The translations under genes were made by a program, and so were the position numbers. The notes below the pieces were generated by a model. The model had not been told where the DNA came from, ran no database searches, and saw only the letters and a list, made by a program, of their open reading frames with translations. Positions 29,419 to 39,505 of a stretch of 64,000 bases of DNA are shown in pieces; positions within the stretch are counted from its first letter, which is position 1, and each line of letters starts with the position of its first letter. The stretch lies in the NCBI GenBank assembly GCA_900768795.1, contig CAAGEH010000005.1, forward strand, positions 9,123 through 73,122, read 5' to 3'. This stretch comes from an uncultured Collinsella sp. GTDB lineage: Bacteria; Actinomycetota; Coriobacteriia; Coriobacteriales; Coriobacteriaceae.

Positions 29419-32220
29419 GTGGCAAACGAGTACAAGCAGACCATGAATCTGCCTAAGACCGGTTTTCCCATGCGTGCCGGTCTTTCCAAGTCCGAGCCCA
29501 AGCGGCTTAAGGATTGGCAGGACAACAAGGTTTACGAGCAGGTCCTGAAGAAGAACGAGGGTCACAAGAAGTTCGTGCTTCACGACGGCCCTCCGTATGC
29601 AAACGGCCCGATTCATATCGGCCACGCCATGAACAAGATTTCCAAGGACATGATCAACCGTTATTGGATGATGCAGGGCCGCGAGGTTCCGTACGTTCCC
29701 GGTTGGGATTGCCACGGCCAACCCATCGAGCACAAGGTCGAGGAGAAGCTCGGGACCGCCAAGTTCAACCAGACCCCGGTCGATAAGATCCGCGAGCTCT
29801 GCAACGAGTTCGCCGTCGAGAACATCGAGCTGCAAAAGGCCGGCTTCCGTCGCCTAGGTGTCCTCGGCGATTGGGATAACCCGTATCTTACGCTCTATCA
29901 TCAGCATGACGCTGCCGATATCGAGGTCTTCAAGGCCATGTTCGATAAGGGCATGATCTACCGCGGGCACAAGCCCGTCCACTGGTGCAAGCACTGCCAC
30001 ACCGCTCTCGCTGAAGCTGAGATCGAGTACGCGGACGAGACCTCTCCTTCCATCTTCGTGCGCTTCGAGCTGCTCTCGAAGCCCCGCGGTCTCGAGTCCT
30101 TTGACGGCCCCGTCGATTTCATCATCTGGACCACCACTCCTTGGACCATCCCGTCCGACCAGGCGGTTTCGCTCAAGCCCGGAGAGAAGTACGTTGCCGT
30201 GGAGCACGACGGCCGTGCTGAGATCATGCTTGAGAAGCTCGCTCCCGCGTGCTGCGAGGAGTTCGGCTGGGATTACACTCCCGTCAAGGTCGACGGCGAG
30301 GATTACATCGTCGATGCCGAGGCGTTCTATCATCTGCACTACAAGCAACCCGTCTTCGACGGTGTCGAGGGTGTGGCGTTGCTAGCCGATTACGTCGGTA
30401 TCGACGACGGCACCGGTATCGTTCACAACTCGCCCGGACACGGCGCGGACGATTACTACGTGTGCGTCAAAGAGGGCATGGATATCTGCATGCCCGTCGA
30501 CGACGACGGTAAGTTCTACGTCGGCGACGAGTTCGGCACGGGCGGCCCCTTCAGCGGTATGGATACCGATGAGGCAAATCCGCATGTGATCGAGTTTTTG
30601 CGCAAGCGCGGCATGCTCGTCAAGGAGAAGAAGATTACCCACAGCTACCCGCATTGCTGGCGCTGTAAGCAACCGGTGCTCTTCCGCGCCACCGATCAAT
30701 GGTTCGTTTCCATGGATAAGACCGGCCTTCGCGAGACCGCTGAGGACCAGATCAAGAACCACGTTAAGTGGTACCCGGCGCATGCCGCAAACCGCATCGG
30801 CGCCATGGTCGAGCAACGACCCGACTGGTGCATCTCCCGTCAGCGCAACTGGGGCGTGCCGATTCCGAGCTATACCTGTGCCGACTGCGGCGAGAAGGTC
30901 ATGAATGACGATACGCTCGATGCCGTCATCAAGCTCTTCCACGAGAAGGGTTCCGACGCCTGGTTCACCGACGATCCCGCAAGCTATCTGGGCGATGCCT
31001 GCACCTGCCCCAAGTGCGGCGGGCATAACCTCAAACCCGATAAGGACATCCTCGATGTCTGGTGGGACTCCGGTGTGTCCTGGAAGGCGGTATGCGAGTT
31101 CCGTCCCGAGCTGCAGTATCCGGCAGACGTCTATCTCGAGGGCTCCGATCAGCACCGTGGCTGGTTCCAAAGCTCACTGCTCACCTCGGTGGGTGCCAAC
31201 GACATCGCTCCGTACAAGGCGGTCGTCTCACAGGGCTTCACACTCGATGGCCAGGGGCGCAAGATGTCGAAATCTCTCGGCAACGTCATCGACCCCAACA
31301 AGGTCTGCGACGAGATGGGCGCCGATATCATCCGCCTGTGGGTCGCCTCGGTCGATACCAGTTCGGATGTCTCCATCGACCATGAGATCCTCGCGCGCAC
31401 GTCCGATGCGTATCGTCGTTTCCGCAACACCTATCGCTTCCTGCTGTCGGAGCTCGAGGGCCAGTTTGACCCCGCTGCCGACAAGGTAGATTTTGCCGAT
31501 CTCATGCCGCTCGACAAGCTCATGGTCGCTCGTCTGACCCAGGTCCAGGCCGAAGTCGACGATGCCTACGCATCTTACGAGTTCCCGCGTGCCTATCGCG
31601 CCCTTTACGACTTTGTCGTCACCGAGCTCTCGAACGTCTATCTTGATGCGCTCAAGGACCGCCTCTATTGCGAGAAGCCCGGTTCATTCAAGCGCCGCAG
31701 CGCCCAGACGGTCCTCGCCGAGCTCCTTTCGATGCTCCTGCGCGACATGCAGCCGATTCTTGCCTACACCACCGACGAGGTCATGGCATATGCGCCTTCC
31801 GGCATCGTCGACAACCAGAAGTACGCTGCCATGCTTGATTGGTACAGGAGCCCGATCACGATCGATCAGGCCAACGAGTTCGAGGGCGTGCTTGAGGCTT
31901 CACTCGAGCTGCGTTCGGCTGTGACCAAGGCGCTCGAGGACGCTCGCGCCGCAGGCACGTTCACCAAGAGCCAGCAGGTAAAGGTCGAAGCGACCGTTCC
32001 CGCTGATATGTATGCCCTGCTCACGGGCGACAAGGCGGTTGACCTTGCGGAGTTCTACATCGTTTCCGATGTCTCACTCGCCCGGGGCGACGAGCTCTCG
32101 GTTTCCGTCGAGGCCGCCGATGGCGAGTGCTGCGACCGTTGCTGGAACTACCGCACTTCGGTGGGCGAGTACAACGGCCATGCTCACATCTGCAAACGTT
32201 GCGCCGAGGCTCTGGCGTAG
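29419..32220 (+). CDS. ileS: Isoleucine--tRNA ligase (IleRS1 type)
   Basis: HDGPPYANGPIHIGH, WTTTPWT, WCISRQR, KMSKS and C-terminal CDRCW...CKRC zinc site. Confidence 0.97.
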   Translation: MANEYKQTMNLPKTGFPMRAGLSKSEPKRLKDWQDNKVYEQVLKKNEGHKKFVLHDGPPYANGPIHIGHAMNKISKDMINRYWMMQGREVPYVPGWDCHGQPIEHKVEEKLGTAKFNQTPVDKIRELCNEFAVENIELQKAGFRRLGVLGDWDNPYLTLYHQHDAADIEVFKAMFDKGMIYRGHKPVHWCKHCHTALAEAEIEYADETSPSIFVRFELLSKPRGLESFDGPVDFIIWTTTPWTIPSDQAVSLKPGEKYVAVEHDGRAEIMLEKLAPACCEEFGWDYTPVKVDGEDYIVDAEAFYHLHYKQPVFDGVEGVALLADYVGIDDGTGIVHNSPGHGADDYYVCVKEGMDICMPVDDDGKFYVGDEFGTGGPFSGMDTDEANPHVIEFLRKRGMLVKEKKITHSYPHCWRCKQPVLFRATDQWFVSMDKTGLRETAEDQIKNHVKWYPAHAANRIGAMVEQRPDWCISRQRNWGVPIPSYTCADCGEKVMNDDTLDAVIKLFHEKGSDAWFTDDPASYLGDACTCPKCGGHNLKPDKDILDVWWDSGVSWKAVCEFRPELQYPADVYLEGSDQHRGWFQSSLLTSVGANDIAPYKAVVSQGFTLDGQGRKMSKSLGNVIDPNKVCDEMGADIIRLWVASVDTSSDVSIDHEILARTSDAYRRFRNTYRFLLSELEGQFDPAADKVDFADLMPLDKLMVARLTQVQAEVDDAYASYEFPRAYRALYDFVVTELSNVYLDALKDRLYCEKPGSFKRRSAQTVLAELLSMLLRDMQPILAYTTDEVMAYAPSGIVDNQKYAAMLDWYRSPITIDQANEFEGVLEASLELRSAVTKALEDARAAGTFTKSQQVKVEATVPADMYALLTGDKAVDLAEFYIVSDVSLARGDELSVSVEAADGECCDRCWNYRTSVGEYNGHAHICKRCAEALA

Positions 32221-32252
32221 TCGTTTCGCACCGGTTCATACCGAGGTCTTAT

Positions 32253-32291
32253 AGAGATGGGTGCCCAGTTGTTTCTGGGTGCCCATCTTTT
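32253..32291 (+). terminator. Intrinsic terminator after ileS
   Basis: AGAGATGGGTGCCCAG/CTGGGTGCCCATCTTT hairpin followed by Ts. Confidence 0.8.
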
Positions 32292-32329
32292 GTTATGGTT
32301 AATACTGAAACGAAATTCTGGGAGGGTCT

Positions 32330-32938
32330 ATGACCACCGATAAACCGATAAAGACACCGACGCTCACGTGGCGTTTCGGCGTGTTCTCCTTGGTGTCGAT
32401 CACGATTCTTTGCCTTGACCAAATCGTCAAGGCGATCGTGCGCGCCGCGGCCTCTACCGGGCTTTTTCCCATACACGTTATTTCAGGCGTCCTCGGGCTT
32501 ACCTTTGTTCGCAATACCGGTGCCGCGTTTTCATTTGGCGAGGGCGGTGGCATGGCTTTTGTCGCACTTGCCGTCATTGTCGTCTCAGGCGAGATCTTCT
32601 ATCTGGTCCGTGCGGATAAGCTTTCCCGTCTTGAGGTCGCGGGCCTTGCCATGGTTGCGGGCGGAGCTGTCGGCAATGCCGTGGACCGTGTTGTATTCGG
32701 CTTCGTGACCGATTTCATTGCGACCCTGTTCATTGATTTTCCCGTGTTCAACATCGCGGATATCGGCATTACCGTAGGCGTCGTTCTGGCTCTGATCGGT
32801 TTTATCTTCTTGAGTCCCGCCTCCCGTGATGTCAATGCAACCGAGGAGCTCAATCGACGCGACGAGGCGCGTGCTGCCCGCCATGCGAGGGCGCGAGGCG
32901 AACGCGCCGCCAAAATGCGCAAGAGGAACGAGCGCTGA
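32330..32938 (+). CDS. lspA: Lipoprotein signal peptidase II
   Basis: DQIVK, NTGAAFS, GNAVDR and DFI...FNIAD motifs; four TM segments. Confidence 0.94.
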   Translation: MTTDKPIKTPTLTWRFGVFSLVSITILCLDQIVKAIVRAAASTGLFPIHVISGVLGLTFVRNTGAAFSFGEGGGMAFVALAVIVVSGEIFYLVRADKLSRLEVAGLAMVAGGAVGNAVDRVVFGFVTDFIATLFIDFPVFNIADIGITVGVVLALIGFIFLSPASRDVNATEELNRRDEARAARHARARGERAAKMRKRNER

Positions 32939-33948
32939 TGGCTGATATTCACATCCTTGTTTCCGAGCTCGATACCGGTCAGCGTCTCGATGCTTTCTTG
33001 GGTTCGAACGATGCCTGCCCGACGCGTTCCGCTTGCGCGCGCCTTATCGAAGGCGGTTCCGTTGTCGTCAACGGCGAAACCTGTCTGAGCAAGAGGTATT
33101 CCGTACTCCCCGGCGATCGCATCTCTGTTGATCTGCCCGAGCAAACCGATTCGGATGAAGTCCTAGGCGAGCCGATACCGCTCGATATTCGCTATGAGGA
33201 CGATTATCTGATCGTGCTCTCAAAGCAGCGGGGGCTCGTGTGCCATCCCGCGCACGGCCACGAGACCGGCACGCTTGCCAATGCGCTCGTGTACCACTGC
33301 GGTATCGATCACCTCGGCACTGTGCAGGGGGAGGATAGGCCAGGAATCGTCCACCGACTCGACCGCGACACGTCTGGGCTCATGCTCGCAGCCAAAGACG
33401 ATGACACCCAATGGGCGCTCCAGAACCTCATACGAACGCGTACGCTCGACCGTCGCTACATCGCGCTCGTGCACGGCAACATCGCCATGGACGAGGGGAC
33501 CATCAACACCGGTATCGCACGGTCGATGCGCGACAGGACGAAGATGGCCGTCTCCGACGATCCCTTTGCGCGTCAGGCGATCACCACGTTTCGTGTGCTC
33601 GAGCGTTTTGATTGCGGACGGCGTGATGATGGCTATACGCTCGTCGAATGCCATCTGTATACCGGACGCACGCATCAGATTCGCGTTCATATGCGGCACG
33701 TCAACCATCCGCTTGTGGGCGATCCCCTGTACGGTCGCGCCGCAGGTCCTGCTGAGCTCGGTCTCGATCGTCAGTTCCTGCATTCTTGGCATGTCCGCTT
33801 CGAACATCCGGTAACCGGCGAGGCCATCGAGTGCTCTGACGAGTTGCCGTGGGACCTTGCGGCGGCTCTCGATGAGATCGCTCCGCGCTCTCTGGGGCGG
33901 ACCGAGACAGGCGATAGGATAGTTCCCCTGCTCGTTGGGGACATGTAG
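32938..33948 (+). CDS. rluD: RluA/RluD family pseudouridine synthase with S4 domain
   Basis: RLDAFL S4 start, HRLDRDTSG and TGRTHQIRVH motifs; coupled to lspA. Confidence 0.88.
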   Translation: MADIHILVSELDTGQRLDAFLGSNDACPTRSACARLIEGGSVVVNGETCLSKRYSVLPGDRISVDLPEQTDSDEVLGEPIPLDIRYEDDYLIVLSKQRGLVCHPAHGHETGTLANALVYHCGIDHLGTVQGEDRPGIVHRLDRDTSGLMLAAKDDDTQWALQNLIRTRTLDRRYIALVHGNIAMDEGTINTGIARSMRDRTKMAVSDDPFARQAITTFRVLERFDCGRRDDGYTLVECHLYTGRTHQIRVHMRHVNHPLVGDPLYGRAAGPAELGLDRQFLHSWHVRFEHPVTGEAIECSDELPWDLAAALDEIAPRSLGRTETGDRIVPLLVGDM

Positions 33949-34038
33949 CGCCTTGCTGGTTTATTTCGGGGCTGTTTTGAGATTGCTCCGATTGGGCTAA
34001 ACTGGTCCCATTCACTCGTTTGCTTTTCGGAGGATGTC

Positions 34039-35334
34039 TTGACGGATTTTCTCGTGGGCACGACGCCCATCGTCTTTTTCAACTACATCGTCATGGTGCT
34101 CATGACCGTTTGCTTTTTGTACCAGGTGGTTTTCTTTCTCATCGGCGCCTTGCACGGCGAGGTCAAGCTGCCCAAGGCAAAAAAGCTCCATCGATATGCC
34201 TTCTTTATCGCCGCGCACAATGAGGAGCCCGTGATCGCCAACCTCGTTCGCTCGATTAAAGAACAGGATTACCCCTCCGAGCTCATCGATATCTTCGTTG
34301 TCGCCGACGCGTGCACCGACAATACGGCGGAGGAGGCACGTCGAGCCGGGGCTATCGTCTACGAGCGCAACGACCTCGCGCGCAAGGGCAAGAGCTGGGT
34401 CATGGATTACGGCTTCGACCGCATTCTCAAGGAATATCCCGGTAAATACGAGGCGTTTTTCATCTTCGATGCCGATAACCTGTTGGCCCGTAACTACGTG
34501 ACCGTCATGAACGACGCCTTCGATATGGGTTACATGGCATGCACGAGCTACCGTAACTCCAAGAACTTCGGGAGCTCATGGATATCGAGCGCTTACGCTA
34601 CCTGGTTTCTGCGCGAGGCCCGTTTTCTCAACAACGCTCGCATGCTGTGCGGGACCTCCTGCGCCGTGTCGGGGTCCGGCTATCTCGTTTCCTCGAAGAT
34701 CGTCGAGGGTATGCACGGATGGCAGTTCCACACCCTTACCGAGGACATTCAATTTTCCACGTTCTGTGCGATTCACGGCGTGAAGATCGGTTTCGCCCCC
34801 GCGGAGTTTTTCGATGAGCAGCCGATCACCTTTGCCGCCTCGTGGAAACAGCGCATGCGTTGGACCAAAGGCTTTTACCAGGTGTTCTTTACGTATGGAA
34901 AGCATCTGATCAAGTCCATCGGGATGTTCCATCGCTTTGCCGCCTACGACATGCTCATGACGATCGCCCCGGGCATGCTCCTGTCCCTCACGTCCATGCT
35001 CGCGAACTGCACGTTCTTGATCGTCGGCGGGCTCAGTCACGGTTTTTTGGCTACGGATATCGAAATGCAGACGTGCGTCGGGTCGCTCTTCATGACGTTT
35101 GCGAGCTTCTATATGACGTTCTTCGTCCTCGCGCTGCTCACGACCATATTCGAGCACCATCACATCCATTGCAAACAGAAATGGCGCATCATCACCAACC
35201 TGTTCACGTTCCCGATTTTCATGTTCAGCTACATCCCCATAACGGTCGCTGCGCTCTTCCTCAAGGTTGACTGGGTGCCTACGCCCCATGATGTCAGTGT
35301 GACGCTCGACGAGGTTATGGGCGGGGCAGAGTAG
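34039..35334 (+). CDS. Membrane glycosyltransferase, family 2 (processive-type motifs)
   Basis: AAHNEE, DACTD, DAD, TED and QRMRW motifs; N- and C-terminal TM helices; TTG start with RBS GGAGG. Confidence 0.88.
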   Translation: MTDFLVGTTPIVFFNYIVMVLMTVCFLYQVVFFLIGALHGEVKLPKAKKLHRYAFFIAAHNEEPVIANLVRSIKEQDYPSELIDIFVVADACTDNTAEEARRAGAIVYERNDLARKGKSWVMDYGFDRILKEYPGKYEAFFIFDADNLLARNYVTVMNDAFDMGYMACTSYRNSKNFGSSWISSAYATWFLREARFLNNARMLCGTSCAVSGSGYLVSSKIVEGMHGWQFHTLTEDIQFSTFCAIHGVKIGFAPAEFFDEQPITFAASWKQRMRWTKGFYQVFFTYGKHLIKSIGMFHRFAAYDMLMTIAPGMLLSLTSMLANCTFLIVGGLSHGFLATDIEMQTCVGSLFMTFASFYMTFFVLALLTTIFEHHHIHCKQKWRIITNLFTFPIFMFSYIPITVAALFLKVDWVPTPHDVSVTLDEVMGGAE

Positions 35335-35344
35335 GGGGCGCTTT

Positions 35345-35785
35345 ATGCCCGATACCGCTGCTGGTTCTCTAGCCATTTGTGTCGCCGCCCTTCTTGTCTT
35401 CGGTGCCTATATCGATTGCACGCAGAGAAGGTTTCCCAACGAGCTTGCCTGTGTGAGTGCTGCGCTCGCCGCCCTTTGGGTTTGTTTCCATGACTCGGTT
35501 GCGGCTTTAGGATGGCATGCGCTATCGTCGCTCGCGCTTTGCGGACTTCTGCTTTTGATTGAGGTCCTATACCGAAGGTTTTTCCGCAAGCAGGGCATGG
35601 GGATGGGAGATATCAAAGCACTCTTCTCGATGGGGCTTCTGAGCTTCGCCGCCGCTGTTTCCTCCTTGATCATCGGCCTTCTTCTGCTTGCTGTTTACGG
35701 CGAATCTCGCCATGAGCGCGCGCTTCCCGCTCTGCCCTTTATCGTTCCGGTCTTTCTCGTCCTCTGGTTTGTTTTCGATCTTTGA
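35345..35785 (+). CDS. A24-family prepilin peptidase (short TadV/CpaA-like form)
   Basis: Hydrophobic; first Asp in YIDxxxRRFPN, GMGMGDIK, C-terminal LPALPF. Confidence 0.75.
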   Translation: MPDTAAGSLAICVAALLVFGAYIDCTQRRFPNELACVSAALAALWVCFHDSVAALGWHALSSLALCGLLLLIEVLYRRFFRKQGMGMGDIKALFSMGLLSFAAAVSSLIIGLLLLAVYGESRHERALPALPFIVPVFLVLWFVFDL

Positions 35786-35840
35786 CGAATCGACTGTTCC
35801 GTGCCAAACTATACGAACACGTGTTTGAAAGGATGGGTGT

Positions 35841-37100
35841 ATGAGTGCGGAGCAGAATCTTTCGCGTGATGCGTTGAGGGCGCGCATGGATGCTATTCCT
35901 GATTCGCTTTCCGAAGAGCTTGTGGCTCGCATGGAGTGCGATCGCGCTAACGGTTGGATCAATCCTTTTCGTACCGCTGACTCTGCTGCCGTCCGTCGAG
36001 TCGATCGCGCTGCGGATCGCGCGAACATCTGGCGCCCTGCTTTCGTTCGCGATGTCGAGAAGATCATTCATACGCCTGCCTACAATCGCTACGCGGGCAA
36101 AACGCAGGTATTCAGTTTCAGAAGCAACGATGACCTGACGCGTCGCGGGCTTCACGTTCAGCTTGTTGCGCGTATCGCGCGCGATATCGGTTTTGCCCTG
36201 GGTCTCAACTGCGATCTGATTGAGGCGATTGGCCTCGGGCACGATTTGGGTCATACGCCCTTCGGTCATGCCGGCGAGCGCTGCCTCAACGCCGTTTTTC
36301 ATGAGCGCACCGGACGCTACTTCTTTCATAACGTTCAGTCGGTTCGCGTACTTGATACGCTCTACGGTCGCAATCTTTCGCTTCAAACGCTTGACGGTGC
36401 GCTGTGCCATAACGGCGAGTACGAGCAACGTGTTTTCGAGCTTTCGGACCTGTCCTCGTTTGAAGAGCTCGATCAAGCTGTCGAATCATGTGTCGAGACG
36501 GGAAAGAACGCTATTGGGCACTTGCGACCCATGACGCTCGAGGGATGCGTCGTTCGCATCTCAGACATCATTGCCTACGTTGGGCGCGATCGTCAGGACG
36601 CCATCGCAGCGGGGCTGCTCGATGCCGACGCATTCGACGACGGGCTCGGTGGGCTGTACAATTCTTGGATTCTGTCGCATGCCTCTGCCGACATCATCGA
36701 GCACAGTTACGGAAAAGACCGTATCGAGATGTCCGACGAGTTGTTTGCCGAGATTCGTCGGGCAAAGGCCGAGAACTACGAGAAGATCTATCGATCGAGC
36801 GGTATCGAGGGAGAGTACGCCGACCGGCTTTCCGAGGCTTTCGCGCTCATGTACGAGCGCTTCCTCGATGACTTGCTTCAGGGTCGGGAGGATAGCTTTA
36901 TCTTTAGACACCACATCAAGCGGATCCAGGCGTTTCTCTCGTACTATGACCGAAGCTACGACTGGGAATCCGATCCGCACCGCGTCGTTTGCGATTACAT
37001 CGCGAGCATGACGGACGGCTATTTCACCGAACTCGCGTCGCGCTTGTTCCCCCAGATTCACTTCCCCCAAAGGACCTATATCAATGAGCGATTTGTTTAG
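35841..37100 (+). CDS. HD-domain dGTPase-like dNTP triphosphohydrolase
   Basis: RDVEKIIH, KTQV, HDLGHTPFGHAGE and DYIASMTD motifs. Confidence 0.88.
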   Translation: MSAEQNLSRDALRARMDAIPDSLSEELVARMECDRANGWINPFRTADSAAVRRVDRAADRANIWRPAFVRDVEKIIHTPAYNRYAGKTQVFSFRSNDDLTRRGLHVQLVARIARDIGFALGLNCDLIEAIGLGHDLGHTPFGHAGERCLNAVFHERTGRYFFHNVQSVRVLDTLYGRNLSLQTLDGALCHNGEYEQRVFELSDLSSFEELDQAVESCVETGKNAIGHLRPMTLEGCVVRISDIIAYVGRDRQDAIAAGLLDADAFDDGLGGLYNSWILSHASADIIEHSYGKDRIEMSDELFAEIRRAKAENYEKIYRSSGIEGEYADRLSEAFALMYERFLDDLLQGREDSFIFRHHIKRIQAFLSYYDRSYDWESDPHRVVCDYIASMTDGYFTELASRLFPQIHFPQRTYINERFV

Positions 37101-38448
37101 CGATCATGACGATGCTCGCCTCATGAAGATGGCGCCGCTTGCCGTTCGCATGCGTCCCTCGACGCTCGATGAATATGTTGGACAGAAAAACGCCGTTGGA
37201 CCGGGCACCTGGCTTCGTTCCGCCATCGAGCATGACGTGCTCTCGAGCGTTATCTTGTACGGACCCGCCGGTACCGGCAAGACCACGCTCGCGCATATCA
37301 TCGCGAACCATACCAAGTCTGAATTCGTTGAGGTGTCTGCGGTAAGCGGAACAGTCAAGGACCTGCGTCGGGTCATCGATGAGGCCAAACACAGGCTGCT
37401 CGTGCAGGAGCGCCGGACGATTCTGTTTATCGACGAGATCCATCGCTTTTCAAAGTCCCAGCAGGACGCGCTTCTGCATGCGGTCGAGGATCGCACGGTC
37501 ATCATGATCGGTGCAACGACCGAGAACCCGTATTTCGAGGTAAATTCCGCTCTGCTGTCGCGCGGTCGCGTGGTCGAGCTCTCTCATCTTGGCGATGCCG
37601 ACATAGCCGAGGTCGTTAGCCGTGCAATTGTGTCGCCGTGCGGCTTGGCGGGAAGATACAGCGCCGACGATGACGCGATCCGGATGATATGCACGCTCGC
37701 CGCCGGCGATGCCCGCGCCGCCCTTACCACGCTCGAGCTTGCTTCCGAGGTCGCATCATCCGAATCGGGCTCCTCCAAGGGTCCAGTGCGTGATACCGAG
37801 GGGCCTATTCCCATCACGCTTGATGACATCGCCATCGCCAACCCCCGTCGCGGTTTCAGCTATGACAAGCACGGTGATATGCATTACGACATCATCTCCG
37901 CGTTTATCAAGTCGATGCGCGGGAGCGACCCGGACGCTACGGTGTATTGGCTTGCCCGCATGATCGATGCCGGCGAGGACCCCAAGTTCATCGCTCGCCG
38001 TATCATGATTCAGGCTTCCGAGGATGTTGGCAACGCCGATCCGCAGGCGTTCCTTATCGCTGAGGCTGCCTTTAGGTCCGCGGAGGTTATCGGGTACCCC
38101 GAGTGCCGAATCAACTTGGCGCAGGCGGCTCTCTATGTTGCCCTCGCTCCGAAATCCAATGCCTGCGAGGCATCGATCGATGCCGCTCTCGCCGATATCA
38201 AATCCAGCGGTCTACGTGAGGTCCCATCATATCTGCGCGACCGCCATCGTCCCGGTTCTGATGAATACGGCGTCTACAAATATCCTCATGACTACCCCGA
38301 TGGCTGGGTCGATCAGCGTTATCTTCCGGAGGGGCTCGATCGCGGCGCGTTTTGGCAGACTTCTGGCCGTGGTTGGGAGGAATGGCGCGTCGAGGTCTCT
38401 GCCCGCGATAGGCACGCGTCGAGCGGCGCATCTGATGGAACACGTTAG
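37084..38448 (+). CDS. rarA: Replication-associated recombination protein A
   Basis: PLAVRMRP, GPAGTGKTT, DEIHRF, ATTENP and HYDIISAFIKSMRGSD motifs. Confidence 0.95.
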   Translation: MSDLFSDHDDARLMKMAPLAVRMRPSTLDEYVGQKNAVGPGTWLRSAIEHDVLSSVILYGPAGTGKTTLAHIIANHTKSEFVEVSAVSGTVKDLRRVIDEAKHRLLVQERRTILFIDEIHRFSKSQQDALLHAVEDRTVIMIGATTENPYFEVNSALLSRGRVVELSHLGDADIAEVVSRAIVSPCGLAGRYSADDDAIRMICTLAAGDARAALTTLELASEVASSESGSSKGPVRDTEGPIPITLDDIAIANPRRGFSYDKHGDMHYDIISAFIKSMRGSDPDATVYWLARMIDAGEDPKFIARRIMIQASEDVGNADPQAFLIAEAAFRSAEVIGYPECRINLAQAALYVALAPKSNACEASIDAALADIKSSGLREVPSYLRDRHRPGSDEYGVYKYPHDYPDGWVDQRYLPEGLDRGAFWQTSGRGWEEWRVEVSARDRHASSGASDGTR

Positions 38449-38543
38449 CCTTGCTCCGCGCGAGTTGGACCGCGCACGCGCAATGCTGTATTTTTGGGTA
38501 CTATGCAAGAAGTGCATTTTTCACGAATTCCATGGGAGGCATC

Positions 38544-39131
38544 ATGGACTACATGCAGATTGTATTAATTCTGCTTGCCCTGGCTGGGGTTTGGGCGGTC
38601 GTTGAGCTCGCTTTGACGATTCGAAAGACCCGCAAGGTTGCCGGCTCGCTCGATAAGACCATCGATCAGCTCAACAACACCATCGCCGAGGCCCAGCCTA
38701 TCGTTTCCAAGCTCGATGGAGCCGTCGATGAGCTTGGACCCGCGCTCACCCAGATTGATCCGTTGCTGAAGTCCGCCACGACGGCAGTCGATGCGCTGAC
38801 CTCTGATCTCGTCGAAATCGAGGGCGTCGTGCGCGATGTGTCTTCGGTCTCCGGTGCCGCCGCAGATGCAAGCAACGTTGTCACGGGTATCACCAGCTCC
38901 GCTTCAGATGCCGTCCAGCGTTTGCTGGGAAAGAAGAACAACAACAACGCAGCTTCCTCCGATCGCGCTCTCGAAACTCCCTCAGACCCGTCTGAGACCC
39001 TGACGTTCGAGGGAAGTTCGGCGGAAAATCCCGCCATTTCAGGTGATACCGAGGCAGACGCTCTCGCTGACGAATCTGAGGGTGGCTACTTCACGTATGC
39101 TTCTCATGAGGAGGTGGCAGATCATGAGTAA
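38544..39131 (+). CDS. Membrane-anchored coiled-coil protein (DUF948/YtxG-like) with acidic tail
   Basis: N-terminal TM helix, heptad region, D/E/S-rich tail; RBS GGGAGG. Confidence 0.7.
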   Translation: MDYMQIVLILLALAGVWAVVELALTIRKTRKVAGSLDKTIDQLNNTIAEAQPIVSKLDGAVDELGPALTQIDPLLKSATTAVDALTSDLVEIEGVVRDVSSVSGAAADASNVVTGITSSASDAVQRLLGKKNNNNAASSDRALETPSDPSETLTFEGSSAENPAISGDTEADALADESEGGYFTYASHEEVADHE

Positions 39132-39504
39132 CGATCTGCAGCCGATTGTTCTTACCGTGCGGGCGGACCCCTCGCTTGCACGTCTCGTCCGTATGACGGC
39201 CGCCAATGTCGCCATGCTCTCATCCATGTCCGTCGATCGCGTTGAGGACATTCGCATGGCTGCCGAGGAGGCATTCATCTATGTTTGCTCTATGGCGCCC
39301 CTGTCTACGGTTCACGTCAATTTCGTGGCCGATCCCGAGCGTGTCGCGATGAACGTGACGGCCGAGAACGCACCTATCCAGTCGGATTCTACTGACAACG
39401 AGGTCTGTGCCTATGCAGACCTGATTCTCCAGGCGGTATGCGATTCCTTTAGCAAGAGCGAGACCCCATTCGCTCTTGACCTGGAGCTTAAGGCGGATTG
39501 CTAA
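39124..39504 (+). CDS. RsbW-like anti-sigma factor with degenerate HATPase motifs
   Basis: LTVRADP..ARLVRMTAANVA...VDRVEDIRMAAEEA matches the RsbW/SpoIIAB N-terminal half; directly upstream of the sigma gene. Confidence 0.75.
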   Translation: MSNDLQPIVLTVRADPSLARLVRMTAANVAMLSSMSVDRVEDIRMAAEEAFIYVCSMAPLSTVHVNFVADPERVAMNVTAENAPIQSDSTDNEVCAYADLILQAVCDSFSKSETPFALDLELKADC

Positions 39505-39505
39505 T

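Noticed and set aside
38935..38948. (AAC)4 microsatellite
   Set aside because: Short, in-frame Asn run; not a credible phase-variation tract.
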